DNA of 39,688 nucleotides from an uncultured Lachnospiraceae bacterium (GCA_964426285.1 CAYRQA010000001.1:1-39688); one strand, 5' to 3'. Numbered from the stretch's first letter, positions 9,393-19,233 are shown. Program-made: numbers and translations. The notes: generated by a model not told the origin, from the letters alone.

Positions 9393-11204
9393 TTATTTGC
9401 AGAATTTCCGATAGGATGCCGCCGACAATCCTGCCGTGATTGCGACTACCGCCGCGACAAAGATCGCAAGCAGTCCATAGCCGCCCATTTCGGTTGAAGC
9501 GAGCCAGAGGCGATCGCCCGAGAGAAGCATCGTTGCGTCGACGATAGAGGCAGAAGGCACACCGAGCAGGGTGAGCCCGTAGGGGATGATAAGCAGCAGC
9601 ATACAGCCTGCCGCAGCCCATTCGGAACGGAGCAACTGTGAAAGTGCGGTGATGAGGAGCCCCCAGACCAAAGTGCCGATCAACCGAAGCAGACAGACGA
9701 GCATAGCGGCATCGGTTTCCTCCAGCGTTAACCCGTCGTATTCCTGCATATAGCGCGCCTTCATCTCATCATAGAAGGTCGGCTCACCATTGAGTGCATC
9801 AAGTGACACGCCTACCTGCAGTCCGATCAGGAGAATGCAGATCAGCACCATACGGAGATTTGCCGTCTTGCGCACTTCATACGGAAGCAGTCTGATCGAA
9901 TAACGGCGCAGCCTCGGTTTGGGTAGCTTCCACCCGCTTGCAAACTTCGGCAGTGCAAAACGGCGGGCAGTTTGGGCGCTGATGCCGCGACGCACCCATC
10001 GCACGAACGCGAGCAGAGCGAACAGCACTGTGAGTGAAGAGAGGACGATGAGTAGGATGGGGAGAAACGAGATCGGTCGACCTGCGATGTGGATGGGCGC
10101 CCAGCGCTCCCATAGACGCAGGGGATCGGTGGCAGTGAGCAGGTTGATCGCAGAGAGGAATTCCCCTCCCTTTTCGAGCAGGAAAAACTCTATTCCTACC
10201 ACCGTGGCAGAGATCGCGATCGCAAACAGTGACTTCTTGAAAAGCAGGGGGATGCAAGCGGTCAGGAGGCAGATCAGCAGCGCCGCGAGTGCCGAGAAGA
10301 GCACGCTCAAAAGGAATGCGCCGAGTTGGCTGAAGGCATAGGGGCAGTAACGCATCACGAGCGATGCCTGAACGGGCGCAAACGGCGTCGACAGCCCGTA
10401 TCGGTAGCCGCAGACTGCGAGCGCCGACAGGTGGAAGAGCAGTGACAGCCCCAGCATCCATATCGCGGCGCTTCCGATCTTGCAGAGTGCCAGCCTTCCT
10501 CTGCCTCGGCGAGTAGTGCGCAATACGGTATCCATTCCGCTGTCCCGTTCGATGACGAAGAGACGGCTGCCTGCCAGGAGCGCCGCTAACAGAAGAAAGA
10601 TCCCACTGCCGTCATACGTCCAGAAGGCATTCCACCCGAAGGCAACTCTGCCGTTCGGTTTGACTGTTTCGAGCGCATTGCCGTATTCATTCCAGAAGCG
10701 CACTTGATAGCGGTAGGCATAGCTTTCGCTCGAATAGCCCGCCGCACGGTATTTGTCGAGTGTTTCCTGTGCAAAGAGCCGCTTGTCTGCGATGTCAGCT
10801 TCATACGCATCGAGGGTCAATGCGTTTCGATAATAGAGGTCGAGCAGGCTGAAATCGTCCCATCCTTCGTAGTAGGTCGAGGAAAATTCGGGTTCTTCCG
10901 GCTCGGGGGGCAGTTCCTCTGACGGCATCCCGAAACTTGCCATATAGAGATCGAACCATTTATCGAATTCTTCCCGATAGGCATCGTAGATCACGAGCAT
11001 GGTCTGATAGCGTTCATAGACCTCCTCGGGGTTCTCTCGCACGATGGCATCGGCAACCTTCAGCGCTTCCTGCGTCTTCGGGTTGTAGTCTTTTTCTGCC
11101 TCACGCAGACAAAAAACGACGTTCAGCAGGACAAGCAATGCCATCACAAGCCACAAAATGCATCCGCTCAGTTGTTTATATAGTTCATGCAGGATGATTT
11201 TCAT
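9393..11204 (-). CDS. Large polytopic membrane protein, probable ABC-2-type permease partner (two membrane modules)
   Basis: 603 aa. One N-terminal TM segment is followed by an acidic soluble stretch of about 150 aa and then many hydrophobic segments in two blocks. It ends 14 nt upstream of the ATPase ATG. Confidence 0.6.
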   Translation of the reverse strand: MKIILHELYKQLSGCILWLVMALLVLLNVVFCLREAEKDYNPKTQEALKVADAIVRENPEEVYERYQTMLVIYDAYREEFDKWFDLYMASFGMPSEELPPEPEEPEFSSTYYEGWDDFSLLDLYYRNALTLDAYEADIADKRLFAQETLDKYRAAGYSSESYAYRYQVRFWNEYGNALETVKPNGRVAFGWNAFWTYDGSGIFLLLAALLAGSRLFVIERDSGMDTVLRTTRRGRGRLALCKIGSAAIWMLGLSLLFHLSALAVCGYRYGLSTPFAPVQASLVMRYCPYAFSQLGAFLLSVLFSALAALLICLLTACIPLLFKKSLFAIAISATVVGIEFFLLEKGGEFLSAINLLTATDPLRLWERWAPIHIAGRPISFLPILLIVLSSLTVLFALLAFVRWVRRGISAQTARRFALPKFASGWKLPKPRLRRYSIRLLPYEVRKTANLRMVLICILLIGLQVGVSLDALNGEPTFYDEMKARYMQEYDGLTLEETDAAMLVCLLRLIGTLVWGLLITALSQLLRSEWAAAGCMLLLIIPYGLTLLGVPSASIVDATMLLSGDRLWLASTEMGGYGLLAIFVAAVVAITAGLSAASYRKFCK

Positions 11205-11237
11205 GAGTACCTCACTGTGGGTGATTAATTTAGGAAA

Positions 11238-12049
11238 CTATTCCCCTTGTACGCAATAGTTCGCACCTATCTCGAAGTCAAGCAGCACACTGCCTCTAAA
11301 ACCGTCTGACGTAAAGCCGTTTATATCACGATACGAATAGATAGGACCTATGATGCAGCGGTCATTGATGTAATACGGATGAGATGTAAAATTGAACCCG
11401 CAGTCGGATATCACCGTGAAGTTCTCGAGTGTCTCGAGATTCACGCCGTTGATCGTGCCGTTGCTGTGACACCAGTCGCTACCGTTGTTTTCTTCTAATT
11501 GCGTTCGCACGTCGAACGGACCGTAATAGAGTACGCCGTTATATATTCCGTAGACTTCGGTATCATAGACGCTTTCTGCAACCATTTCTCCTTCTCCGCT
11601 CGGATCGTCCAGTCGTACTCTTCGGATGCTGTGATCGTTGAATTTTTCAGTACCGCCATTTCCCCAAGGGAGCTCCACGGTTTTATATCAGACATATATA
11701 CGTTTCCTTGTGAATCGTTAAAATAGACACCGTCTTTATTGGCGCCGATCAGATTAATATACGGTTCATCAACCGCTGCTGTCGAAATCTCTCCACCCGT
11801 TTTCTTGACCGAATTAAGTAAATATTTTTGCTCTGCTGTTTGAGTGACAAAATAGATCATATTGCCGTATGAGATCATTTTTACGATAGGGCTGTTTACA
11901 AGGGCGATTTGAGTTGCCAGATTGGTTGCGCTATCGGCACGTATGATTTCATAACGCCAGTCCTCATTCCATGGATCTTCACTGAAAACATTGCCTTCTA
12001 CGGAACAAGGTGAGCATAGAATCTTGGATGTATCTGAATATAAAGTCAA
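11238..12049 (-). pseudogene. Frameshifted, 5'-truncated remnant of a repeat-rich (DUF5050-like, tentative) protein
   Basis: Two overlapping minus-strand ORFs (11495..12049 and 11238..11678) read through as ...GNVYMSDIK / VELPWGNGGTEKF... if 1 nt is added or removed at the T4 run 11681-11684. There is no signal peptide or credible start. The local sequence is low-GC. Confidence 0.55.
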
Positions 12050-12173
12050 CCTTTATACAAGTGAAGGTGTTCAACACGCCATATGGATATATGATACATA
12101 TCTATTTGTGCTTACATGTTACGGAGACTACAGTGAACAGGATATGATTGATATGATCGAATCCGTAGAATAA
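11991..12173 (+). pseudogene. 3' remnant of a DUF4367-like gene (tentative), lacking its 5' part
   Basis: The C-terminal peptide ...VQHAIWIYDTYLFVLTCYGDYSEQDMIDMIESVE resembles DUF4367 C-termini. There is no RBS or start context. It runs head to head into the minus-strand remnant at about 11990-12050. Confidence 0.35.
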
Positions 12174-12213
12174 TAAACTGGCGAATACCTTTGCAGGTAC
12201 TCGCCGGTTTATT
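12172..12213. terminator. Imperfect bidirectional terminator hairpin
   Basis: AATAAACTGGCGAATACC-tttgca-GGTACTCGCCGGTTTATT has two mismatches or wobbles and A/T-rich flanks. It lies between the plus-strand remnant and the minus-strand 12219..12674 gene. Confidence 0.55.
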
Positions 12214-12218
12214 ATTTC

Positions 12219-12674
12219 TTAATACTTTTTCTCTGTTTCTCTGACAATTTCATCTGCGTCACCACCGGAACCGGAAATTACAAATTCAACCGTAACTCGA
12301 TACGTTCCGGTCGATTCAAGCTGAAATGAGTGGTCTCCGGTATAATAATAGTTGTAAATTGTGTCAACCCATTCATCATTGGTCGTACCGATATCAACCC
12401 TTGTCCAGAAAATTCCTAAAAATCGCTTTTCAATATATGTAGTGATGACTGCCTTATTTGTTATGTTCTTTATTCCGGAATATGAGTTGGTAATAGTGAT
12501 CTTCCCTGTCGAAGAGATAGTTGCCGTACTAATAGCACTAACCGTATTATTATAATACGGGGTTATCTCAGCCGCCAAAACGGCTTTGCTCGATGCGAAC
12601 ACACCGAACACGGTAAATACAGAGACGAATGCTAAAAGCAGCGAAAGGGCTCTCGTTTTAATGGATCTGGTCAT
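12219..12674 (-). CDS. Small secreted protein of unknown function
   Basis: 151 aa. The signal peptide is MTRSIKTRALSLLLAFVSVFTVFGVFASSKAVLA/AE, and the mature part is Thr/Ser/Tyr/Ile-rich. GAGGTG lies 7 nt upstream of the ATG. The gene is in the low-GC islet. Confidence 0.7.
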   Translation of the reverse strand: MTRSIKTRALSLLLAFVSVFTVFGVFASSKAVLAAEITPYYNNTVSAISTATISSTGKITITNSYSGIKNITNKAVITTYIEKRFLGIFWTRVDIGTTNDEWVDTIYNYYYTGDHSFQLESTGTYRVTVEFVISGSGGDADEIVRETEKKY

Positions 12675-12816
12675 TTGGGTTCACCTCGTATAAATTACTC
12701 CGTGCGTTCATCGGCGCGGGTCGCCAATTTGGCACGTGCTATTATATACAGCAACCGGGCAGGGTGCAGAGGGGACAAGAAAATGGATAAAATTCGAATT
12801 TTTTCTGCAAAATGCG

Positions 12817-12847
12817 ATAGGAGATATGGAATATCCATATCTCCTAT
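12817..12847. other. Perfect 13-bp inverted repeat (operator or structure candidate)
   Basis: ATAGGAGATATGG-aatat-CCATATCTCCTAT, about 145 nt upstream of the 12674 start. Confidence 0.5.
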
Positions 12848-12927
12848 GAAAAGGATACTATTCAAGAATAACATCCTTATTAACCCGACGATGCGCGTCG
12901 GGCTTTTCAAAGTTTTCGAAGGGGTCT

Positions 12928-12961
12928 AAGGGGGAAACCTTTTTCAAAAGGTTTCCCCCTT
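12928..12961. terminator. Strong hairpin downstream of the PrsA-like gene
   Basis: AAGGGGGAAACCTTTT-tc-AAAAGGTTTCCCCCTT is a 16-bp perfect stem, 10 nt beyond the stop at 12972. Confidence 0.65.
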
Positions 12962-12971
12962 ATGCAATCAA

Positions 12972-13943
12972 TCATTCAATTTCCCAGAGCTTGAGCGCCT
13001 CGTAGTCGGCTTCCCACTCGAGTTCGAGCGAATCGGCATAGTCCTGCATATAGAGGGCGTATTCGCGGTTGAGGTAGCTGCTCACGACCGACATGAAGTT
13101 CTCATCGATGTACTTCTCATCGAGCGCCAGGCGCTTTACGATGAGGTAGCCGTCATCCCGTTCGATGACACCCCCGAGTTCGCCCACCTGCAACGCAAGC
13201 ACCGCGTCCTCGAAATATTGCAGTTCCTCGGTATAGGTGAAGCAAGGCAGGAGGCAATAGTCCATCCTCAGCCCGTAGGTCGTCTGATAGGCTTTATCGA
13301 TTTCCGACATCGCTTCGCCGTTCGTCATCCGCTCATGAAGCTCATCGGCAAATTCGCGTTTTTCCGAACGGTCGTCGTCACTGCAGTAAATATAGAGATA
13401 TTCGGCGGCAAAGAAGTTGCCTGCCTTGATATCGGCACGCACAGTCGGATCGTCCGACTTGAATATGCCGTTGTATTCGTCGGTGAGGTATTTGAACAGC
13501 TTGTTCTGGAGCGCACCCATCTCCAATATACGGCGAAGCGTCTCTTCGTCGCCGAACTGCGCTTCGATCGCAGTCTGATATTCGTCTTCGCTGGCATAGC
13601 TTTCCTTCAGGCTCTCGATCTGATCGTCGATGCTCTTCTGCTCATCGTCGGTAAGCTCGATCTCCTGCTCCTTTGCCACCTTTTCGCAGGTCACAAGACT
13701 GCGCAGTGCGGAGTAGACGTTGTCCTGCAGTTCCTGCTGCATCGCTTCATCCCCCTCATAGTCGGCGGCTGTCGCACTGCCGCGATAGTTGATGGCGAAA
13801 TAGCGAACCATGTTGTAGCTTACCTCAATCCCGCCCACCTTCACAGCCGTAGGGCTGCTTTTCGAGCAGGCAAAGAGCGAGGACAGCGTACACAGCATAG
13901 CGAGCACCGTCAGCAACAGCGCAGTGATGCGTTTGATTTTCAT
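12972..13943 (-). CDS. PrsA/SurA-like lipoprotein with parvulin-type PPIase domain
   Basis: Lipobox LSSLFA-C. The C-terminal region ...FEDAVLALQVGELGGVIERDDGYLIVKRL is PpiC-like. GAAAGGAAGG lies upstream of ATG 13943. Confidence 0.7.
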   Translation of the reverse strand: MKIKRITALLLTVLAMLCTLSSLFACSKSSPTAVKVGGIEVSYNMVRYFAINYRGSATAADYEGDEAMQQELQDNVYSALRSLVTCEKVAKEQEIELTDDEQKSIDDQIESLKESYASEDEYQTAIEAQFGDEETLRRILEMGALQNKLFKYLTDEYNGIFKSDDPTVRADIKAGNFFAAEYLYIYCSDDDRSEKREFADELHERMTNGEAMSEIDKAYQTTYGLRMDYCLLPCFTYTEELQYFEDAVLALQVGELGGVIERDDGYLIVKRLALDEKYIDENFMSVVSSYLNREYALYMQDYADSLELEWEADYEALKLWEIE

Positions 13944-13997
13944 AGAATGCCCTTCCTTTCTGCATAACGACTACGCGAGTAGTCTCATCTAATGCAT

Positions 13998-14035
13998 TGC
14001 CCTTGGGTCAGCATCGATCGAGCGACCCAAGGGCA
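13998..14035. other. Intercistronic 12-bp hairpin
   Basis: TGCCCTTGGGTC-N14-GACCCAAGGGCA lies between the DUF4340-like stop (14060) and the PrsA-like start (13943). No T-run follows. Confidence 0.5.
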
Positions 14036-14059
14036 GCCGGTATGATAGAAAAACCGGGC

Positions 14060-15916
14060 TTAATAACGTACTTTCGTATCGATCGCAATGCCTTCCTGCA
14101 GATCGACCGCAGCCGAGAGGATTTCTTCAACACGGGCAGTGATCATGTAGAAGGTGCCTTCTTCGCCCAATGACTTGCCGTTGGCGTCGATCGATTCGAT
14201 GGTGCAGAGCACTCGTCCGCTGGTCAGCTTGTAGAAGCGATAGATCTTGCTGACACTTTCACGCTCATAATCGACCTTGGTGGTCGTGTTGCCCGCTTCG
14301 TCTGTTTTATAAACAGTCGTTTTTTTCGTACGGACGGTGAGCGTAGTCATCGGCTCGTTCTTCATGGCTTCGGCAATGGCTTCCTCCGAAACCTCTTCGC
14401 GAACGCTTCTGTTCATCAGCAGAAGGTAGAACTGTCTGAAGTTTTTCGTATCGATCTGATTGCCCGCGCTGTCGGTCACCAGCAGATCTGAACCCGTATT
14501 GGTCAGCTCGAAGGTTTCGTTTATCGATACCTCTCCCTTTCGATCGGGATTCAGTACGCCCAGATCGGTGTAACTTCCTTCGATCGAAATCGATGCACAG
14601 TTGTCGATCTTCAAATCAACGATCTGACGCTGAATAAAGGCTTCAGGCGTCCACTCTAAGAAGTAGACCGTCTCCTCGGGTACCTTCGCGATGATGTTGA
14701 AATTGAGTGAGTAGGCATAGTAGTAGCCGTCAGGCTGCTTTTTGCTGAAATAGACGTAGTTGTCTATATCTGTATACTCATAGTAAAGCGAATACCGGTA
14801 ATCGAGCAGACCGTATTTTTCAAAGGTCTCTTCGGTAAAACCGATGTATTCCTCGCCGTCTTCGTCGGTCATCATCTGACCGAGCGCCACGACCTCTTCC
14901 CCCTTGAACTCCCCAAAATCACCGATCAGGTTTTCAAATGCACCCGTACTGTAGTACCCGCTCGGGACAACGGCATAATAGGTGCACATCCCCGCAAAGA
15001 GCGAAAAGGGATCTTTTTTGTTGGTAATCGGGCGCATATGCACCATCGGCTTCCACTGGGTGACCGGTTTTCCGTCCTCATACACCTGATTGCCGTTTTC
15101 ATCGAGCTTGGGCGAGAAGTATTTTTCCTCGTTGCGCCAAATCGCGAACTGATCAAAGAGTGCGAGTGTGTTGACGTCGACCGGGAATGTCAGAAAAGGA
15201 TCTACCATATCCATCGGCGTGAGCAGTGCCGACGCCACGAGGTTTGTGGGCGGAAGCACGTAAACCGAGTCACGCTGCATTTCCTCACCTGTGGAAAGCA
15301 GGGTGTCATTGTTGACGCAGCGCACATAGTAGCCACTGCCCGAAGGAAGCTTGTCCCCGATATAATAGGTGTAGCTGCGCCCGTCCAGTGCGGTGATCGT
15401 CACCGAAAACGCCTCCTCGGGCGTAGCATAGTCAAGCCCGTATTTAGAGAAATCAGTGCAGTGATCCTCCACACGAGAGGTCGCAAGCGTGTAGCCTGCC
15501 GCCGTGATCATATTGGCGAAGGCAGTTTCATCGTAGGGCGCATACTCGTAACCGGTGAGATAGAAGGCGTTGTTTACCATGCCGTTCTCTTCGTCGTCTG
15601 CGCCTGTATAGCGGTAAAATCCCCAATCGACGTATTCACTGCCGAATTTTTCATTGTCGGGGTTGTGAACCTCGATTTTGGAGATCTCATCTCTGGGGAT
15701 GTGCTCGTAGATCAGCATTCGGTTATTGATCGATGCCACCTCATGCGACCACAGCATCTCGACGGGTGCTGCCTCTCCCCCATCGTCCTCGTTCAGATAG
15801 GGACGGAGAATGGCGAAATAGCCGACGATCAGCAGTGCAAATACCACTGCCAACACGATAACGGCTGTCACACCGCGCCGCAATGCGTTGCCTTTTACTT
15901 TTGTTTCTTCTGTCAT
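14060..15916 (-). CDS. DUF4340-like membrane-anchored protein (accessory to GldG-type ABC systems)
   Basis: One N-terminal TM segment (VTAVIVLAVVFALLIVGYFAIL) precedes a large extracytoplasmic part. ATG 15916 (MTEETKV) has AAGGAGA upstream and overlaps the upstream stop as ATGA. Confidence 0.65.
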   Translation of the reverse strand: MTEETKVKGNALRRGVTAVIVLAVVFALLIVGYFAILRPYLNEDDGGEAAPVEMLWSHEVASINNRMLIYEHIPRDEISKIEVHNPDNEKFGSEYVDWGFYRYTGADDEENGMVNNAFYLTGYEYAPYDETAFANMITAAGYTLATSRVEDHCTDFSKYGLDYATPEEAFSVTITALDGRSYTYYIGDKLPSGSGYYVRCVNNDTLLSTGEEMQRDSVYVLPPTNLVASALLTPMDMVDPFLTFPVDVNTLALFDQFAIWRNEEKYFSPKLDENGNQVYEDGKPVTQWKPMVHMRPITNKKDPFSLFAGMCTYYAVVPSGYYSTGAFENLIGDFGEFKGEEVVALGQMMTDEDGEEYIGFTEETFEKYGLLDYRYSLYYEYTDIDNYVYFSKKQPDGYYYAYSLNFNIIAKVPEETVYFLEWTPEAFIQRQIVDLKIDNCASISIEGSYTDLGVLNPDRKGEVSINETFELTNTGSDLLVTDSAGNQIDTKNFRQFYLLLMNRSVREEVSEEAIAEAMKNEPMTTLTVRTKKTTVYKTDEAGNTTTKVDYERESVSKIYRFYKLTSGRVLCTIESIDANGKSLGEEGTFYMITARVEEILSAAVDLQEGIAIDTKVRY

Positions 15917-17490
15917 GAATGACGTCTCCTTATATATACACAAATGCCGATCACGGCGAACACAAGCGGCAGTGCGGCAGTGGTGATCACTGTCCAGACG
16001 GTCGCTTCTTGGGTCGTAAGGTCAAGCCCTTCGTTGGGGATCACCCTACTGCGAACCGCCCCCGCGGTATCGTCGCCTGTCAGAATACCGATCGCCGTTG
16101 TCAGAATCGAACGGTTCAGATAACCGGGATTTTGGGTATAGCTGACATAGGAAAGCATCGAGGTGCCGCAGGTCAGGATATACGATCCCTCGTTCACCTC
16201 ACTCAGCGTGAGCAGAGCGCCGTCGCCTGCTTCGGTCACACTGCCGTCGTTTGCCTCCGCCACACAGCCCTCGGGCAGTACGTAGACTGCCTTTGCCTTG
16301 GCGGGATCGCTGATGCGGATCGTTCTCGACAGGCGGAAGATCGCCTTGCTGTCTGCCGCAAGCGGTGCAAGTGCTTCGGAGAGTGGATTACCCTCTGCAA
16401 CGAAGCTGCCTGCCAGGCTGTAGCCGTCGACCGTGATCGAGGCACTGCCGTCGTTTTTCAGCTTATCGCTGTCAAGCGTTACCCCGCCGACCTGCTCGAG
16501 AAAACCCTCCAGATTGGGCAGCTCCCGTCTGTCGGGGTCGGCAAATACCATCAGCGAATGCCCCGGCACTGCCAAAAAGCTTTCCAGCTTTTCGATCTCA
16601 CTGACCGATCCTGCCGCCCCCGAGAGATAGTCGCTCTTGGGCGAATAGATGATCGCCAGTGCATCTTCTTCGTCTTCATCGAACTGCTCGTATTGCAGGT
16701 TGATATGACGGATATTGTAGCCGCAATCAAAGAGCATATTCCAAAGGTTGTAGGCATCACCGAAGTCGGTCGATTCCTCGCCCATGGTATAAGTGCCTAC
16801 CGTTTCACCGTGCCCCGTGAGGATATATGCCGTCGGTGCAACCGCTTTGGTTACCGAAAGGATCGACGAGCAGAAGCGGTAATCGCCCTGAAAGCCGATG
16901 ACACCGTACGTGGCGGTATTGAAGTTGTAAAAGTTATCTCTTGAGCAGATCCGATAATTGTGCCAATAGGTAGGCTGACCGTTCGAATCGGTGAGGATAT
17001 TGCCCTTGCTGTCCCGTTCGGGGGTGTAGTTATCGACGATGATATAGGCGCTCGACAGGGCATACTTATCGTAATCCTCCCCGACGATCTCCTTGACCCG
17101 TTCGGGCTCTTTGGTGAGATTGATATAATCCACCGAAATATAGTCGTATTTCTCTGCCAGCTCCAGTGCCAGCTCATGGATATACTTCATCCCCCAAAGT
17201 CCCGTGGAGGTGTAGCCGTGATTGGAGGTGGCTACCTGTCCGAGATTGTCGGGATCGGTGAGGAAATAAAGCGTGACGTCATTCTCCTCGGCGTTGACTT
17301 TACCGAGCAGGCTGTGCGTTTCTTCCGAAATCTCAAAAAGGTCGTCTGATGTCATATCGAGATGTGCGCCGACGAGCGAAAATACGCTCGAGACAATGAC
17401 GTTGATCACCACGATCACCGCAATCACAGCCACGGTCAAGCCGACAGACAATCCACCGTACCGAAGAGATTTATTTTCAGTCCATTTCAT
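15913..17490 (-). CDS. GldG-like ABC transporter auxiliary protein, paralogue 1
   Basis: N- and C-terminal TM anchors are present and the C-terminus is ...VYIRRRHS. Overall similarity to the upstream paralogue is visible by eye (for example ISD.S..LL, YFL.D.D, GHGE.VG.YT). AAGGAGA RBS. Confidence 0.7.
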   Translation of the reverse strand: MKWTENKSLRYGGLSVGLTVAVIAVIVVINVIVSSVFSLVGAHLDMTSDDLFEISEETHSLLGKVNAEENDVTLYFLTDPDNLGQVATSNHGYTSTGLWGMKYIHELALELAEKYDYISVDYINLTKEPERVKEIVGEDYDKYALSSAYIIVDNYTPERDSKGNILTDSNGQPTYWHNYRICSRDNFYNFNTATYGVIGFQGDYRFCSSILSVTKAVAPTAYILTGHGETVGTYTMGEESTDFGDAYNLWNMLFDCGYNIRHINLQYEQFDEDEEDALAIIYSPKSDYLSGAAGSVSEIEKLESFLAVPGHSLMVFADPDRRELPNLEGFLEQVGGVTLDSDKLKNDGSASITVDGYSLAGSFVAEGNPLSEALAPLAADSKAIFRLSRTIRISDPAKAKAVYVLPEGCVAEANDGSVTEAGDGALLTLSEVNEGSYILTCGTSMLSYVSYTQNPGYLNRSILTTAIGILTGDDTAGAVRSRVIPNEGLDLTTQEATVWTVITTAALPLVFAVIGICVYIRRRHS

Positions 17491-17502
17491 CTGCGTTTCT
17501 CC

Positions 17503-19203
17503 TTAGCTGTGTCTGCGTTTGATGAATACGACCGTTCCCGTGATCAGTGCAGCTAAGGGCAGCATACTGCTGAGCACGATCGTCCAGGCGGTCGCTGTCG
17601 ACTCGGTGATCTTATCCAGTCCCTCACTCGAAATCACCTTGAAATCGATATCGAAGAGGACCGTCTCCTTGCCCATCAGACGCATGGTGTAATAGACCAG
17701 GTCGCGGTTGCCGTAGGTGGTATCCTCGAGCATCTCGGTCGATGCGAAGCCGGTCGAACCGCAATTGAGGACGTAGGTGAACAGCTCGTTGTTATCGTTA
17801 TCGTACATGACCTCGTAGGTCAGTGCAGCCAGCATTTCACCGCCCTTGTCTGTGCTCTCCTCCTCGGCGTCGTCCGACTGCGAGGAAGCCGATTCGGGCG
17901 CATAGATGACACCGCCCGCAAATGCAACGGCGGCATTTTCATAATAACCGCCCGACTGCGAGAAATCGGGATTCACTTCGATGGGGCGCGCATTGGAAAT
18001 GCCGATGATCGGCATCGAATCGAGCCCGCTGAGCCGGTTCACGATGCTCATACCAACGCTGTATTTGTTGGTTTCATACTCTGCAATGAAGGAAAGCCCG
18101 TCATCGCTGAGGCTGTTCGTGCCGTTATCCTTGATCAGCCCGCTTTTGTAGGATACTCCCCAGAAATCGTAGAGATATTCCTCCAGATTGGCGAGCGGCT
18201 GCTCGGTCTGATCGAGGAAGGTCATCATATGATGATCGGGGTCTGACAAAAAGCGGCGCAGGATATCGATCTCACTGACCGAGCCCGACGCATAGGCATC
18301 GCTGCCCGGATAGTCGGTTTCGGGACCGTAAATCACGATGATGCGTGCGGTCGGATCGGCAAAAAGGGTCTCGTATTCGGCTGCAAGGTCGATCTTGCGG
18401 GTCGAGAAGCCTGCATCGAAGAAGAGATCGCGCAGGGCTTGCGCCTCGCCGTAATCACCGCTTGCGGTATAGTCGCCGGGGGTGTAATCGCCCACCTTTT
18501 CACCATGTCCCGACACAAAATAGACGGTCGGATTGGCACCCGAAAGCGAGAGAATGGTCGAGGTGAACTGCTCGTCGCCCTTGAATGCGTAGACGAACTG
18601 TGTTTCCGAATCATAGGAGAAGAATTTTTCCCGCTTGATGATACGGAAGTTATGGTGCATGACAGGATCGCCCTTTTCGTCGAGCACCGGATTGCCTTCG
18701 GCATCCTTTTCCGACGTATAATTGTCGATGATGATATCCTGTGCGGTCAGTTCGGTGCTGAGCGTCGAACGGTATGCCTCGAGACGGCCCGCATCACGGC
18801 GGGGGTTCAGCGTCTCTACGTTGATAAAATCATAGCGGTCGGAATATTCGATTGCAAGATTGTAAATGTAGCGCATTCCCCACAGATCGTTGACCGGGAC
18901 ACTGTAGCCCATCTGTGTATAATAGGTGCTGGAATAACCGAGTGCGGGCGACTGAAGCTCATCCACGTCCGCCAAAAAATAGATGCTGATATTGTTTTCT
19001 TCGGGATCGAGCTCGTCGAGCAGCTTGATCGAATCGTCGCTGATCTCGTTGAATTTCTCGGAGCTCATGTCGATCTTCAGCAGAAAGCGGTTACTCAGCA
19101 GGGTAAATCCGATGTTCAGGAGCAGGACGACCACCAACACGCCTGCGGTGATCGCCGCAGCCGTCAGACGGTGCCTGAACTTGTGCTGATTTTTAGTTTC
19201 CAT
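17503..19203 (-). CDS. GldG-like ABC transporter auxiliary protein, paralogue 2
   Basis: Same architecture as paralogue 1; the C-terminus is ...VFIKRRHS. AAGGAAG RBS upstream of ATG 19203. Confidence 0.7.
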   Translation of the reverse strand: METKNQHKFRHRLTAAAITAGVLVVVLLLNIGFTLLSNRFLLKIDMSSEKFNEISDDSIKLLDELDPEENNISIYFLADVDELQSPALGYSSTYYTQMGYSVPVNDLWGMRYIYNLAIEYSDRYDFINVETLNPRRDAGRLEAYRSTLSTELTAQDIIIDNYTSEKDAEGNPVLDEKGDPVMHHNFRIIKREKFFSYDSETQFVYAFKGDEQFTSTILSLSGANPTVYFVSGHGEKVGDYTPGDYTASGDYGEAQALRDLFFDAGFSTRKIDLAAEYETLFADPTARIIVIYGPETDYPGSDAYASGSVSEIDILRRFLSDPDHHMMTFLDQTEQPLANLEEYLYDFWGVSYKSGLIKDNGTNSLSDDGLSFIAEYETNKYSVGMSIVNRLSGLDSMPIIGISNARPIEVNPDFSQSGGYYENAAVAFAGGVIYAPESASSQSDDAEEESTDKGGEMLAALTYEVMYDNDNNELFTYVLNCGSTGFASTEMLEDTTYGNRDLVYYTMRLMGKETVLFDIDFKVISSEGLDKITESTATAWTIVLSSMLPLAALITGTVVFIKRRHS

Positions 19204-19233
19204 CTGTTATTTCTTCCTTTTTGTTCCTTCGAA

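Noticed and set aside
12783-12929. A 48-aa small ORF (MDKIRIFSAKCDRRYGISISPMKR...) with a GAGGGGA-like RBS. It is part of the ORF-track entry 12675..12929.
   Set aside because: The ORF runs through two strong hairpins and has no recognisable features. It is more likely non-coding leader or terminator DNA, but it cannot be excluded without expression data.
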